DNA of 64,000 nt, taken from the NCBI GenBank assembly GCA_963741955.1, contig CAVUKB010000006.1, positions 416,001 to 480,000 on the forward strand, given 5' to 3'. This stretch comes from an uncultured Acidobacteriota bacterium. GTDB taxonomy: Bacteria; Acidobacteriota; Thermoanaerobaculia; Gp7-AA8. Positions 29,868 to 40,950 of this stretch are shown here, piece after piece; positions within the stretch are counted from its first letter, which is position 1, and each line of letters begins with the position of its first letter. Made by a program: the position numbers and the translations under genes. The notes under the pieces are model-generated. The model was not told the DNA's origin. It searched no databases and saw nothing but the letters and a program-made list of their open reading frames with translations.

Positions 29868-31061
29868 TCAGGCGCGGACGCGATTCTTCCCCTTCGCCTC
29901 GGCTGCGGCGCGGCTCTCGCCCCGCTCGAAGACGTCGCCCTTGGTGATGTGCCGTTCCCACCAGATGACGAATGCGGTCACGATCATCAGCGTCGAATAC
30001 GTTCCGGCGATGACTCCGATCAGAAGGATCCATGCGAAGTCGTGGATCACCTCGCCCCCGAACACGATCAGCGCGATCAGGACCAGGACGACCGAGCCGC
30101 TGGTGAGGATGGTTCGCGACAGGGTCTGGTTGATCGACAGATCGAGGATCTCGGCGAACGGCTGTTTCACGCGGGACTTCCGCTGATTTTCACGGACACG
30201 ATCGTAGGTGACGACCGTGTCGTTGACGGAGTAACCGACGATCATCAGGAACGCCGCGATCATCAGGAGAGAGACCTCGGCGTGAATCATGATCAGGAAC
30301 GCGAACGCGGCGAAGACATCGTGTGTGAGCGCTACCACCGCTCCGATTCCGAACTTCAGATCGAACCGGATGGTGATGTAGGCACCGATCGCGAGGGTCG
30401 AGAGGATGACCGCCAGAATGGCCTTGGTCTTCAGCTCGCGGCCGACCTGTGGTCCGACCGTTTCCTGATTCAGGACGTTCATCTTGCCGAGCATCGTATG
30501 CTCGGAGAGCACTCGTGCAGTAGCCGAGCTCACCCCGGGGATGGAGGTCACCTGCGACATGCTGGTGAAGATTCCGAGCTCAGAGCGTTTCGCGATGATG
30601 TTCTCGGAGAGATCGGCGTAATACGTCTCGGCCTGCGGCCCACTTCCCTTCGAGTCGGGATCGTTCTGCATGAGAAGTTCGGACAGTGTGTCGCGACCCT
30701 TGAAGTTCAGATCGATCTTGTTGCCGACATCGCCGTTGATCACGCCGTAAAGCTGGTTGACCACGCGGCCGGCGTAATCGCCTTCACCTTTCTGCTCGGG
30801 GAGCCGGATCAGGACGGTGTTGTCCTCCGGCGCGCCGTACCGCTGGATGGTCGCATCGGGGAGATGGCTTCGAAGGGTCTGGACTGGCACCTGTTCGGCG
30901 AACTTCACCACGATGCTCGCTCCGCCGGAGAAGTCGATGCCGAGGTTCAATCCACGCCAGAAGAAGGAGGCGAAGCCGGTGAGAATGAAAACGAGTGAGC
31001 CGATCACCGCGTAGTTGCGGTACTTGACCCAGTGATAGTTCGGATCGTGAAATAGTTCCAT
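29868..31061 (-). CDS. secF: Protein translocase subunit SecF (with periplasmic insert)
   Basis: LGIDFSGG, VGPQVG, GYSVNDTVVTYDRVREN, QTLSRTILTS. Confidence 0.96.
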   Translation of the reverse strand: MELFHDPNYHWVKYRNYAVIGSLVFILTGFASFFWRGLNLGIDFSGGASIVVKFAEQVPVQTLRSHLPDATIQRYGAPEDNTVLIRLPEQKGEGDYAGRVVNQLYGVINGDVGNKIDLNFKGRDTLSELLMQNDPDSKGSGPQAETYYADLSENIIAKRSELGIFTSMSQVTSIPGVSSATARVLSEHTMLGKMNVLNQETVGPQVGRELKTKAILAVILSTLAIGAYITIRFDLKFGIGAVVALTHDVFAAFAFLIMIHAEVSLLMIAAFLMIVGYSVNDTVVTYDRVRENQRKSRVKQPFAEILDLSINQTLSRTILTSGSVVLVLIALIVFGGEVIHDFAWILLIGVIAGTYSTLMIVTAFVIWWERHITKGDVFERGESRAAAEAKGKNRVRA

Positions 31062-31077
31062 GTGTGTCGCCTCTTCC

Positions 31078-32655
31078 TCAGATGCTGATCTGCTGCGGGC
31101 GCTTGGACGGATCGTAGATGGCGTCGAACATCACACGCGAGACGAAGAAGGCGGTGAAGACCGAAGCCGCGAGACCGATGAGCAGCGTGACCGCGAAACC
31201 TTTGACCGGTCCGCTTCCGAACTGGAAGAGGAACAGGGCCGAGATGATGGTCGTCATGTGGGTGTCGATGATGGTGCCGAACGCGAGCGAGAATCCGTTC
31301 TCGATCGACGCGGCGACGGACTTTCCGGCCCGGCGCTCCTCACGAATGCGCTCGAATACCAGAACGTTCGAGTCGACTGCCATGCCGAGCGTCAGGATGA
31401 TGCCGGCGATGCCCGGAAGGGTGAGGGTGGCGCGGAAGTAAGCCATCGCTCCGAGGAGGATGACCAGGTTGAGCACCAGCGCGGTGACCGCGTTGATTCC
31501 CGCTCCTCGATAGTAGAGCCCCACGGCGCTCACCAGGAGGATGAAGCCGATCAGCGACGCGGTCAGCCCCTGGCGGATCGAGTCCGCGCCGAGGGACGGA
31601 CCGATCGTCCGCTCCTCCAGCGTGGTCAGCGAAGCGGGAAGTGATCCGGTACGGAGCACCAGAGCGAGGTCGCTCGCTTCCTGCTGGGTGAAGCTTCCTT
31701 CGATCACACCCTGGTCTTCGATCCGGCTCTTGATGTTCGGGGCCGACTGGACCTTGTTGTCGAGGACGATCGCCAGACGGCGTCCGACGTTGTTGCCGGT
31801 CAGGTCTCCGAACTTGCGGGCGCCTTCGGGAGTGAGCGAGAAGCCGATGGTCGGTTCTCCGAACTGTCCCTTCTGCACACGCGCGGTCTTCAGATCGAGA
31901 CCGGTGACCGGGACGGTCTTCCGGATTGCGTAGAACTCCCGGCCGGTGACTCGGCCGAACTCGTCACGCGAGTCGCCGGGGAGGATGTCGACGTCACCCC
32001 GGACGTCGGCCGGGAGAGACTCGAGCACCTTCTGCGGATCGTTGCCCGGCGTTCCCTCGACCAGCCGGAACTGCAGCTGCGCGGTGGTCTTGATGATGTC
32101 CTTCACGCGGGCCGGGTCGTCGACACCGGGAAGCTGAATGACGATCCGCTTGCCGCGGATGCCTCCCTCCCTCGCGATGATCGGCTCGGTGACGCCGAGC
32201 GCGTCGACGCGGCCGCGGATCGTTTCGATCGCCTGGGCGACGGTGTCGTCTTCCAGGGTCGAACCGACGTTCGGCTTGATCGTGAAGACGAGCGTGTTGT
32301 TGTCGCCCGTCGCCGTGTCGAACTGGGCGAGCCAGTCCTTCGCGATCTTCTCGTAATGATCTGCGAGCACGCCCTGCGGCGGAGTGAGAACGAACGAGGA
32401 GTCGCTCACCCGCTTGACCTGCGGGGTCGGCAGCGACTGCTTCGCGGCCTGGTTCTTGAGCAACTCCATCGCCTGGTCGACTTCCAGCCGGAGAGCATCG
32501 CCGGTGTTGACGCGCATCACCAGGTGGGTCCCTCCGCGGAGGTCGAGTCCGAGAGCGATGTTGTCGTACTTCTTCCCGTGCGGGATCAGCGGGTAAACCG
32601 AGATCGCCAGCACGGCGAGAATCAGCACGATTTTCCAGATCAGATTCTTGTTCAA
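31078..32655 (-). CDS. secD: Protein translocase subunit SecD
   Basis: LGLDLRGG, RVDALGVTEP, IGPSLG, GMAVDSNVLVFERIREE; TTG start at 32655. Confidence 0.96.
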   Translation of the reverse strand: MNKNLIWKIVLILAVLAISVYPLIPHGKKYDNIALGLDLRGGTHLVMRVNTGDALRLEVDQAMELLKNQAAKQSLPTPQVKRVSDSSFVLTPPQGVLADHYEKIAKDWLAQFDTATGDNNTLVFTIKPNVGSTLEDDTVAQAIETIRGRVDALGVTEPIIAREGGIRGKRIVIQLPGVDDPARVKDIIKTTAQLQFRLVEGTPGNDPQKVLESLPADVRGDVDILPGDSRDEFGRVTGREFYAIRKTVPVTGLDLKTARVQKGQFGEPTIGFSLTPEGARKFGDLTGNNVGRRLAIVLDNKVQSAPNIKSRIEDQGVIEGSFTQQEASDLALVLRTGSLPASLTTLEERTIGPSLGADSIRQGLTASLIGFILLVSAVGLYYRGAGINAVTALVLNLVILLGAMAYFRATLTLPGIAGIILTLGMAVDSNVLVFERIREERRAGKSVAASIENGFSLAFGTIIDTHMTTIISALFLFQFGSGPVKGFAVTLLIGLAASVFTAFFVSRVMFDAIYDPSKRPQQISI

Positions 32656-32671
32656 GGGGTTCCTCCGATGT

Positions 32672-32986
32672 CTAGTCCTGCTGCGACGATCCGTCGACCA
32701 CCGCCGCAACCGCAGACCGGCTGAGCTTAAGCTTCACGTTGTCCGCGACTTTGACGTAGACAATATCTGGTTCGACACTCTGAATGGTTCCGTGTATTCC
32801 CCCGGACGTGACGATGCGGTCGCCTTTCTTCAGCGCTTCCAGCATCTGCTGTGTCTTCTTCCGCTGCCGGTTCGCCGGCGCGATGACGAGGAAATAGAAG
32901 ATCGCGAAGATCGCGAGAATCGGGACGACGTTCCAGAAGAGGGCTGAAGCCCCCCCGGCCGCCTGGAGGTACGCAACTGGAGTCAT
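32672..32986 (-). CDS. yajC: Preprotein translocase subunit YajC
   Basis: IFYFLVIAP...LKKGDRIVTSGGIHG; lies between tgt and secD. Confidence 0.95.
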   Translation of the reverse strand: MTPVAYLQAAGGASALFWNVVPILAIFAIFYFLVIAPANRQRKKTQQMLEALKKGDRIVTSGGIHGTIQSVEPDIVYVKVADNVKLKLSRSAVAAVVDGSSQQD

Positions 32987-33040
32987 GGATGCCTTCTCAC
33001 TCTGTCGATGTCTGGATGAATTGCCGGAGTCGAGTTACTT

Positions 33041-34207
<1,167 letters not shown>

Positions 34208-34897
34208 TCAGTTGATCTTGACCTGCTCGACCCGCACGTTCGGCGGCAGGTTGAGCGTGAACGTCGAATCGGCGATCGGCGCATTGATCCGGATGTTCGA
34301 GAACTCGTAGCGGGTCAGGTCGCCGTCTCCCTCCACGTATTCGATCTTCGTGGTGAGATAGCTCTTCCGGTCGATCCAGAGCTTGATCTCTTTGACCCGG
34401 CGCGCGATCGCAGCAGTCTTCGGCTGGAGCTCGAGACGGTATTCGCTGCTTCCTTTCGCATCGACCACCGTCACGTCGAAGTATCGCGTGAGCTCCTCGA
34501 TCGCGCCGCTCGCTCCGAGGTAGCGGAAGATCCGATCCTCGAAACGTTTCACCTCGATTCGCTCGGCGCGACGCAGATCGGGGAAGTACGTGGTCAGCTC
34601 TCCGTTCGCGATGAGCATCGTCACCGGTTTCGGCTTGTCGTAAATCCAGAGGACCTTGTTCGGCCGGGCGTACTGGAACGTTCCGGTCGAAACTTCCGCA
34701 TCGGAGAGAAGAGCCATCTCCTTCTCCTGCCGGAAGTCGGCCTGGAGCGTCTTCACCGTCTTCTGCCGGGCCGCGATCTGCTCGAGGATGGTCTGAAGGG
34801 TTTCACTTTTCGGGATCACACCGGCCACGGAGATCCCGGCCAGCAGCGATAAGGAAAGTCCCGCGGCGGCGGCAATGCTGAGGATCGTTCGGTTCAT
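34208..34897 (-). CDS. Outer-membrane lipoprotein carrier LolA-like protein
   Basis: Signal peptide; TLQADFRQ, GTFQYARPNKVLWIY, FSNIRIN...FTLNLP. Confidence 0.8.
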   Translation of the reverse strand: MNRTILSIAAAAGLSLSLLAGISVAGVIPKSETLQTILEQIAARQKTVKTLQADFRQEKEMALLSDAEVSTGTFQYARPNKVLWIYDKPKPVTMLIANGELTTYFPDLRRAERIEVKRFEDRIFRYLGASGAIEELTRYFDVTVVDAKGSSEYRLELQPKTAAIARRVKEIKLWIDRKSYLTTKIEYVEGDGDLTRYEFSNIRINAPIADSTFTLNLPPNVRVEQVKIN

Positions 34898-34943
34898 ACC
34901 GTCGGACGCAACGCCGCGCCCGACGCCGGAATTTCCCCTCCTC

Positions 34944-35060
34944 GGAGTCTGCGCGGTAGGAACGGTCCTACTACGAAAGCGGATCAGCGGTCCAAATCCG
35001 AATGAATTTGGCCTCGCTGCTCCTTTTTCTCGCTACGGACGTCTCTACCGCGCAGACTCC
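34944..35060. mobile_element. Second, internally shorter and inverted copy of the GGAGTCTGCG MITE-like element
   Basis: GGAGTCTGCGCGGTAG...CTACCGCGCAGACTCC; interior GCGGATCAGCGGTCCAAA and AATTTGGCCTCGCTGCTCC match 17006-17167 reversed. Confidence 0.7.
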
Positions 35061-35174
35061 GCCCACTCGACGCAGCGGCGGTCGCGCGCTTACATCTGCG
35101 AAATCCCTTTCCCATCACGGTTTTTCGGCATCAGCCGGCGTTATACTGATGGAAACCTTAGTGAGGCCTTCACA

Positions 35175-36029
35175 ATGCGACGAACGACTCTGCTCTTCTC
35201 GGTCATGCTTTTCCTCCTCTCTCTGCCGCTCTCCGCAGCGGTCCAGGAGGCAGTCCACTACGAATTCCGACAGGTCCTCCAGACCGGAACCGACGGAGCC
35301 GGCCCGCTCGAAACGGAAGGAAAAGCAATCGTCGACGGAATGAACAGCCGCGTCGAGTACACCCGGAGCCCGTACTACCCTCCCGGAACATTCGTCATTT
35401 CCACAAATGGCTCCCGGAACATGTTCGTGGTCAATCCGGCGAACAAGACGTACGCCGAGATCAACGTGGGAAACGCCGCCACCGCACTCGGCACCGCACG
35501 GATCAAAGTGAGCAACCTGAAAACCTCGGTCCAGGAGCTCGACGACCACCAGGTGATCGCGGGCTATCCCACCGACCATTACCGCTTCGAGTCGAGTTAC
35601 GACATGACCGTGACGCTCGGAAGCCTTCCGGTGACCCAATCGATCCACACCACGATCGACAAGTGGACGACCAACCTCTTCCCGAGCGCCGACGTCGGTC
35701 TCTCCTCCAACCCCCCCCCGACGGGCAACCCGGAACTCGACCAACTGCTTTCTACGGAAGCGACGAAGATCAAGGGCTTCCCGCTCAAGCAGGTGATGGT
35801 GATCGCCACCCAGGCCCAGAACACCGGATCGGGCGGTGCGAAAGAGATCTCGTCGAGCCGGCGGCAGACGGCCGAACTGGTCGTCACTTCGATCCGGACC
35901 GCGCCCGCCGCGCCATCTTCGTTCCAGATTCCGCCCGGATACGCGCGCATGGAGCCCGGCCAGACGGAACCGGAAAGCAACGTCCACATGCTGGAGATGC
36001 AGCCTGCCGTCCCGGCCCCACCCCAATAG
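35175..36029 (+). CDS. Secreted hypothetical protein (DUF4412-like beta fold)
   Basis: Signal peptide MRRTTLLFSVMLFLLSLPLSA; VNPANKTY, IAGYPTDHY, GFPLK, FQIPPGY motifs. Confidence 0.65.
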   Translation: MRRTTLLFSVMLFLLSLPLSAAVQEAVHYEFRQVLQTGTDGAGPLETEGKAIVDGMNSRVEYTRSPYYPPGTFVISTNGSRNMFVVNPANKTYAEINVGNAATALGTARIKVSNLKTSVQELDDHQVIAGYPTDHYRFESSYDMTVTLGSLPVTQSIHTTIDKWTTNLFPSADVGLSSNPPPTGNPELDQLLSTEATKIKGFPLKQVMVIATQAQNTGSGGAKEISSSRRQTAELVVTSIRTAPAAPSSFQIPPGYARMEPGQTEPESNVHMLEMQPAVPAPPQ

Positions 36030-36086
36030 CCCAGAGGCACCAACCGTTCTCGTGACTGCACCGCCGTGCGAACCGGGTCGGCAACT

Positions 36087-36170
36087 ACGAATGCAGAACG
36101 AAGAGTTGAGAAAGGACACCAGCCCTCCTTTCATTCTGAATTCTGAACTCTGCCTTCTGCCTTCTGCCTT
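36087..36170. repeat. Short 7-mer-type repeat (TTCTGAA/TTCTGCC)n with an inverted partner
   Basis: TTCTGAATTCTGAACTCTGCCTTCTGCCTTCTGCCTT at 36134-36170; GAATGCAGAACGAAGAG upstream. Confidence 0.6.
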
Positions 36171-36273
36171 CGTCGGGAGCGGTCGCATCACTTCTCCCCT
36201 CGAGGTTTGTGCGCACGCCCCCACCGTCCCACGGGAGTTCCCCGGTTGCGCCGGCATTGCTGCCTGATGTTTA

Positions 36274-37617
36274 ATGGCTGATGGGTTGAGTCCGATGAAT
36301 CGTCTTCTTGGCTGGTGCCGACGTGCGGGTGAGGTGTTGCTGGACCGGCGAGCGTACTTTGCCGTCGTTCCACTCGTCGCGCCGCTCGTTTTCGCCACTC
36401 TGACCGAAACGCCGATCCCCGCCACTCCGGTCGCACGATTCGAGCTCGGGCCGGCGATCCACTACTCCGCACCTCCCCTTCCTCCTCCTCCTCTTCCCAG
36501 GCATCCGGTCTATCTCGACGTGCGATCCGGAGATACGCTCGAGGGTCTCTTCGTCGCAGCCGGTCTCTCCCGCAGCGACAGTCACACCCTCATGGAGGGG
36601 TTTCGCAAGTTCGTCGATCCACGGAGACTTCGGCAGGGACAAATGCTCCGCTTCGAGTTCGATGACGACGGCGTGATCCGTACGGTCGGGATGAAGATCA
36701 ACGGCTGGGGAACGATCAACGGGACCCGCACCGCTTCGGGGTTCGAGGTGACAGGAGCTCCGGCTGAGAAGAGTGAAGTCGAGGCCACCATCTCCGCGAC
36801 GATCTCCAGCTCGCTCTATGGTGCCGTGACTGGAGCGGGGGAGTCCCCGGCGCTGGTCCAGCAGTTGGTGGACGTGTTCCAGTGGGACATCGATTTTTTC
36901 AGGCTGCGCGGAGGTGACACCTTCAGCGTCGTGGTGGAGAAGAAGTACGTCGGCGACGACTTCGTCGGTTACGGACCCGTCCTCGCCGCGCGCTTCAACT
37001 CCGACGGTCAGACCTACGAGGCGTTCCGTTTCGAGAATCACACGTCCGCGGGCTACTACAGCCGGAACGGAACGCCGCTCCGGAAGCAGTTCCTCAAAGC
37101 GCCCTTGAAATTCACCCGCATCACCTCCGGCTTCACCAACCGGCGCTTTCATCCGATTCTGCACGTCTTCCGTCCGCACCCCGGGATCGACTACGGCGCT
37201 CCGGTCGGCACCCCGGTGATGTGCACCGCCGACGGCGTCGTTGAAGCCGCCGGGTATGGCGGAGGCGAAGGAAACTTCATCCGCGTGCGGCACACCTCCC
37301 GGTACCAGACTTTCTACATGCATCTCTCCCGCTTTGCCTCCGGGATCCACCGAGGCGCGAAGGTCCAGCAGGGAGAGATCATCGGATACGTCGGACAGAC
37401 CGGACTTGCGACCGGCCCGCATCTCGATTACAGAATTCGCGACAACGGCCAATGGATCAATCCATTGAAGATGAAATCAATCACGCCCGACCCCATCCGC
37501 GGGTCCTCGCTCCAGGCGTTCCGGAATTCGGTCCGCGCATGGCTGCCGAAACTCAGCGATACCGAGCCGGTCGTCGCGGAGAAAGATCCCGGAGAGCAGG
37601 CCCCCGGAAACTCCTGA
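36274..37617 (+). CDS. M23 family peptidoglycan DD-endopeptidase (MepM/Csd3-like)
   Basis: FQWDIDF, RFHPIL, HPGIDYGAP (HxxxD), TGPHLDY (HxH variant). Confidence 0.9.
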   Translation: MADGLSPMNRLLGWCRRAGEVLLDRRAYFAVVPLVAPLVFATLTETPIPATPVARFELGPAIHYSAPPLPPPPLPRHPVYLDVRSGDTLEGLFVAAGLSRSDSHTLMEGFRKFVDPRRLRQGQMLRFEFDDDGVIRTVGMKINGWGTINGTRTASGFEVTGAPAEKSEVEATISATISSSLYGAVTGAGESPALVQQLVDVFQWDIDFFRLRGGDTFSVVVEKKYVGDDFVGYGPVLAARFNSDGQTYEAFRFENHTSAGYYSRNGTPLRKQFLKAPLKFTRITSGFTNRRFHPILHVFRPHPGIDYGAPVGTPVMCTADGVVEAAGYGGGEGNFIRVRHTSRYQTFYMHLSRFASGIHRGAKVQQGEIIGYVGQTGLATGPHLDYRIRDNGQWINPLKMKSITPDPIRGSSLQAFRNSVRAWLPKLSDTEPVVAEKDPGEQAPGNS

Positions 37618-37624
37618 GACCCCG

Positions 37625-39505
37625 ATGAAAAAAATCAACGTCCGTGTGCCGGTTCGCGCCGATCTGGCCGGAGGAACTCTCGACCTCTGGCCGATCTACC
37701 TTTTTCACCCTTCGTCGCGTACGGTCAACGTCGCGATCTCACGTTACGTCGAGTGTGAAGTTCAGTCCCGCAGCGAAGAAGGAATCGAGATCTTCCTCGC
37801 CGACGAGCACTATCACCGCCACTTCGGATCGCTGACGGAGCTGGCGGTCGATCCGCGTCTCTCACTGGTGTCGCGCCTGGTCGAACATTTCCGCCCGGGA
37901 GGGCTCGCGATCACCGTTCGTTCTGACGTGCCGCGCGGCTCGGGACTCGGAGGTTCCTCTGCGCTGGCGATCGCACTCAGCCGGGCCCTTTCCGAGCTGA
38001 GCGGCGATCCGGTCGAGGGAGAGGAGTTGATCGCGCTGGTGCGCGATCTCGAGACGCGACTGCTTCGCTGCCCTGCCGGAGTTCAGGACTACTACCCCGC
38101 CGTCTTCGGAGGGATCGCCGCACTCCATCTCGATCCCGGCCGTGTCATCCGGCATCCGATCGCGCTCCCGCTTCCCGATCTGGCGCAGCGGCTCCTGATC
38201 TACTACTCCGGTGTCGCCCACTTTTCGGGAACGAACAACTGGGAGATCTACAAACGCCACCTCGACGGAGATCCCCGGGTGTTCGAAGGCCTCCGCGCAA
38301 TCGCCGAGAGTGCAACCTCCCTCGAGGAGGCGCTGGCCGCGGGAGCCTTCGACCGCGCCGCGGCGGCGATGAACGACGAATGGACCGCTCGCAAATCCCT
38401 CTTCGACGGAGTCACTACCGTGGAGGTCGATCGGGCGATCGAGGTCGCAATGAAGAGCGGGGCCGACGCAGCGAAGGTCTGCGGCGCCGGGGGTGGAGGC
38501 TGCATCGTCTTCATGGTTCCACCCGAGAAGCGTGAGCGGGTCGCTGCCGCGCTCGAAAAGAGCGGCGGACAGATTCTCGACGCGGTGCCGGTCGCGCAAG
38601 GCCTGGTCATGGAGCGAAGCGACCAGGTCGAGCTCTCGCACTGGTCACGACGGACTCTGATGAGCGAAGGGGGAAGCGAAGACCCGGGCCAGTTCTTCCT
38701 TCACACCGACGAACCGGGAACCTACCGGCCTTTCATCGTCGCCGAAGCGGCGGTGACGTTCGACGACGCTCGCAAAGGAGTGCATCAGACCGTCGTCCGC
38801 GTTCTCGCCGCGTCCCTCGATGTGCGGGGAGAGCGGGTACTCTGGTCCGAGTCGCTCCCGGTTGATCCCGATCGCCTCCGGCTCGACGCCGCTCCCGATC
38901 CGGCGGCAGACATCGATACATCGGTGGATGCCGACCTCGTCTTCTCGATCTCGCGTCAGGGGGAAGATCTTCTTCGGGAATACCTCGCCGAACAGGAGCG
39001 CCTACGGCTCTGGTTCAATCCCGCATTCGCGATCTATTCGGAGGCAGGAGAAGCGCGATCCGCGTTCGTGGATCGCTGCCTCGAGTTCGCGAGACGCGAG
39101 GCCGAGAGTCAGACCGAACGGCTCGAGTCCACGTTCCGCCGTCGCATCGACCAGCTCCGTGAGAAGGCCGACCGGCAGCAGCGCGAAGCGGATGAGACCG
39201 ACATCGAAGTCGAGAGACGAGAGGTCGGGATCGCCTGGGGTCAGACCCTCTTCAATATCACCAGTGGGCGTCCAGCCGATGTCGGTGCCCCTCAATCCGT
39301 CGAGGAGGCCGACTTCCTCGAGCGCATCCGCCAGGTCCAGCGCACCTGGGAGCGGGAGGTCCGGGAGCTCCAGGACGAGCTCGACTCGAAGGCGCGGCAG
39401 ATCGAAGAAGTTGCTTTCGCCCCTTCGCTGAAGAATGTCGAGGTCCGGAAGTTCCTCATCCTCTGGGCTCCCTCGCTGCGCGATGTCGTCGCGGCCGCGG
39501 AGTAA
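37625..39505 (+). CDS. GHMP kinase (HddA-like sugar-phosphate kinase) fused to a ~280-aa extra C-terminal domain
   Basis: PVRADLAGGTLD, PRGSGLGGSS, GVQDYY, KVCGAGGGG in the first ~335 aa, then an unrelated coiled-coil-rich region. Confidence 0.8.
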   Translation: MKKINVRVPVRADLAGGTLDLWPIYLFHPSSRTVNVAISRYVECEVQSRSEEGIEIFLADEHYHRHFGSLTELAVDPRLSLVSRLVEHFRPGGLAITVRSDVPRGSGLGGSSALAIALSRALSELSGDPVEGEELIALVRDLETRLLRCPAGVQDYYPAVFGGIAALHLDPGRVIRHPIALPLPDLAQRLLIYYSGVAHFSGTNNWEIYKRHLDGDPRVFEGLRAIAESATSLEEALAAGAFDRAAAAMNDEWTARKSLFDGVTTVEVDRAIEVAMKSGADAAKVCGAGGGGCIVFMVPPEKRERVAAALEKSGGQILDAVPVAQGLVMERSDQVELSHWSRRTLMSEGGSEDPGQFFLHTDEPGTYRPFIVAEAAVTFDDARKGVHQTVVRVLAASLDVRGERVLWSESLPVDPDRLRLDAAPDPAADIDTSVDADLVFSISRQGEDLLREYLAEQERLRLWFNPAFAIYSEAGEARSAFVDRCLEFARREAESQTERLESTFRRRIDQLREKADRQQREADETDIEVERREVGIAWGQTLFNITSGRPADVGAPQSVEEADFLERIRQVQRTWEREVRELQDELDSKARQIEEVAFAPSLKNVEVRKFLILWAPSLRDVVAAAE

Positions 39506-39726
39506 AAGTCCCGCGAGTCTGCCCTGCGTTCCTGCAATCGCGACAGGCTTCCGGTGGTTCGGAATCCCTCCTGGCCAACCGTTCGGAATCTGGACAGCTG
39601 TCCAGTTTTCGAGATCGCCTCGACTTGCGCCTGTCTGAACAAGCCTCGCGCCTTCAACAGGTTGCACGACTCGATCCTCCTGGCAGCGCCTTTGATTAAG
39701 AAAGCTGTCGGAAGGTGAGATCGAAC

Positions 39727-40611
39727 ATGAGAAAAGTCCTGGTTGTCGATGACGAAACATCCATCACAGACGGACTCACGGCGCTCCTCCAGCTGGAACA
39801 GATCGACGCCTCAGGGGCGTACGATCGCGAATCTGCCGAGCTGGCGATCAGCCGTGACTTCTATCCCGTCATCCTCGCGGATCTCCGGTTGCACACCGAA
39901 GAAGACGGCTTCCGCCTGATCGAATCGATCCGGCGCGTCAGCCCGCGCTCACGCATCGCGAGTCTCACCGCGTTCGCCACTCCCGAAGTCGAAGAACGGC
40001 TGCTGGAGCTCGGCTCCTCCACGGTTCTCCGCAAGCCGATGGAGTTCGACGAGATCATCCGCATCGTCGAAGAGATGCTCGTCGAGATCGAGCACGAAGC
40101 CGCGGCGCAGGAAGCGCTCACCGGAGAACCTCTCGATCTCGACCAGCTCTACCAGGACGTGCAGAAGGTGCTCTACGCGATTCCGCAGCGGAGGTACGGC
40201 CTCGGCCCGGAAGAGACGGAAGACCTGGTCCAGGAGGCATGGAGTCTCTTTCTCCAGAAACGCCGGACCGTCAGCTCCGCAAAGTCGTGGCTGGCCGGCA
40301 CCATGGTCAACCTCGCGAAACAGCAGATCCACTCGCGCGTCCGGGCACGAGAACACACCCGCGAGATCTCACCCGAGGTCGAGCGGACTCTCGGCTACTC
40401 CGAAGACGGCGCGAACGAAAGCACCATGATGGTGCGCCAGGGACTCGGCCAGATCGATGAGCGCTCCCGCAAACTCTGCGTGCTGATCGGAATCGAAGGA
40501 TGGAGCTACGAGGAAGTCGCCGACGAGCTGGGTCTGCCGATCGGGTCCGTCGGGCCGCTCTACATCCGCGCGAAGAATCGCCTGAGAAAAGCGATCGATA
40601 CGGAGAACTAG
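39727..40611 (+). CDS. Receiver domain fused to an ECF-type sigma-70 factor
   Basis: VLVVDDE...ADLRL...TAF...KP receiver; EDLVQEAW...SWL (region 2); EGWSYEEVADELGLPIGSV...RAKNRLRK (region 4). Confidence 0.85.
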   Translation: MRKVLVVDDETSITDGLTALLQLEQIDASGAYDRESAELAISRDFYPVILADLRLHTEEDGFRLIESIRRVSPRSRIASLTAFATPEVEERLLELGSSTVLRKPMEFDEIIRIVEEMLVEIEHEAAAQEALTGEPLDLDQLYQDVQKVLYAIPQRRYGLGPEETEDLVQEAWSLFLQKRRTVSSAKSWLAGTMVNLAKQQIHSRVRAREHTREISPEVERTLGYSEDGANESTMMVRQGLGQIDERSRKLCVLIGIEGWSYEEVADELGLPIGSVGPLYIRAKNRLRKAIDTEN

Positions 40612-40950
40612 AAGCATCGCGGATCGTGGATCGTGGATCTGAAAGACATCGATTATCGCGTATCGCGCATCGAGGATCCGAGATGCATCGTGGGTCGAGT
40701 TCCGCGGACAGCCCCGTAGGGGCGTTTGACAATAGCCCAGGACGCAGTCCTGGGGTTCCGGTCCGGAAGTCCACGCTCCGAGAGCCCCGTAGGGGCGATT
40801 GAACCATCCCATTTCTCGAGGCTCGAAAGGCATCGCAGATCGCGGATCGCGGATCGCAGATCGCGGATCGCGGATCGCAGATCGCGGATCGCGGATCGCG
40901 GATCGTGGATCGCGGATCGCGGATCGCGGATCGTGGATCGCGGATCGGGA
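40612..40950. repeat. REP-like unit plus (GGATCGC)n heptamer array
   Basis: GCCCCGTAGGGGCGTTTGACAATAGCCCAGGACGCAGTCCTGGG at 40711; long GATCGCG/GATCGCA/GATCGTG tandem run at ~40832-40948. Confidence 0.9.
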
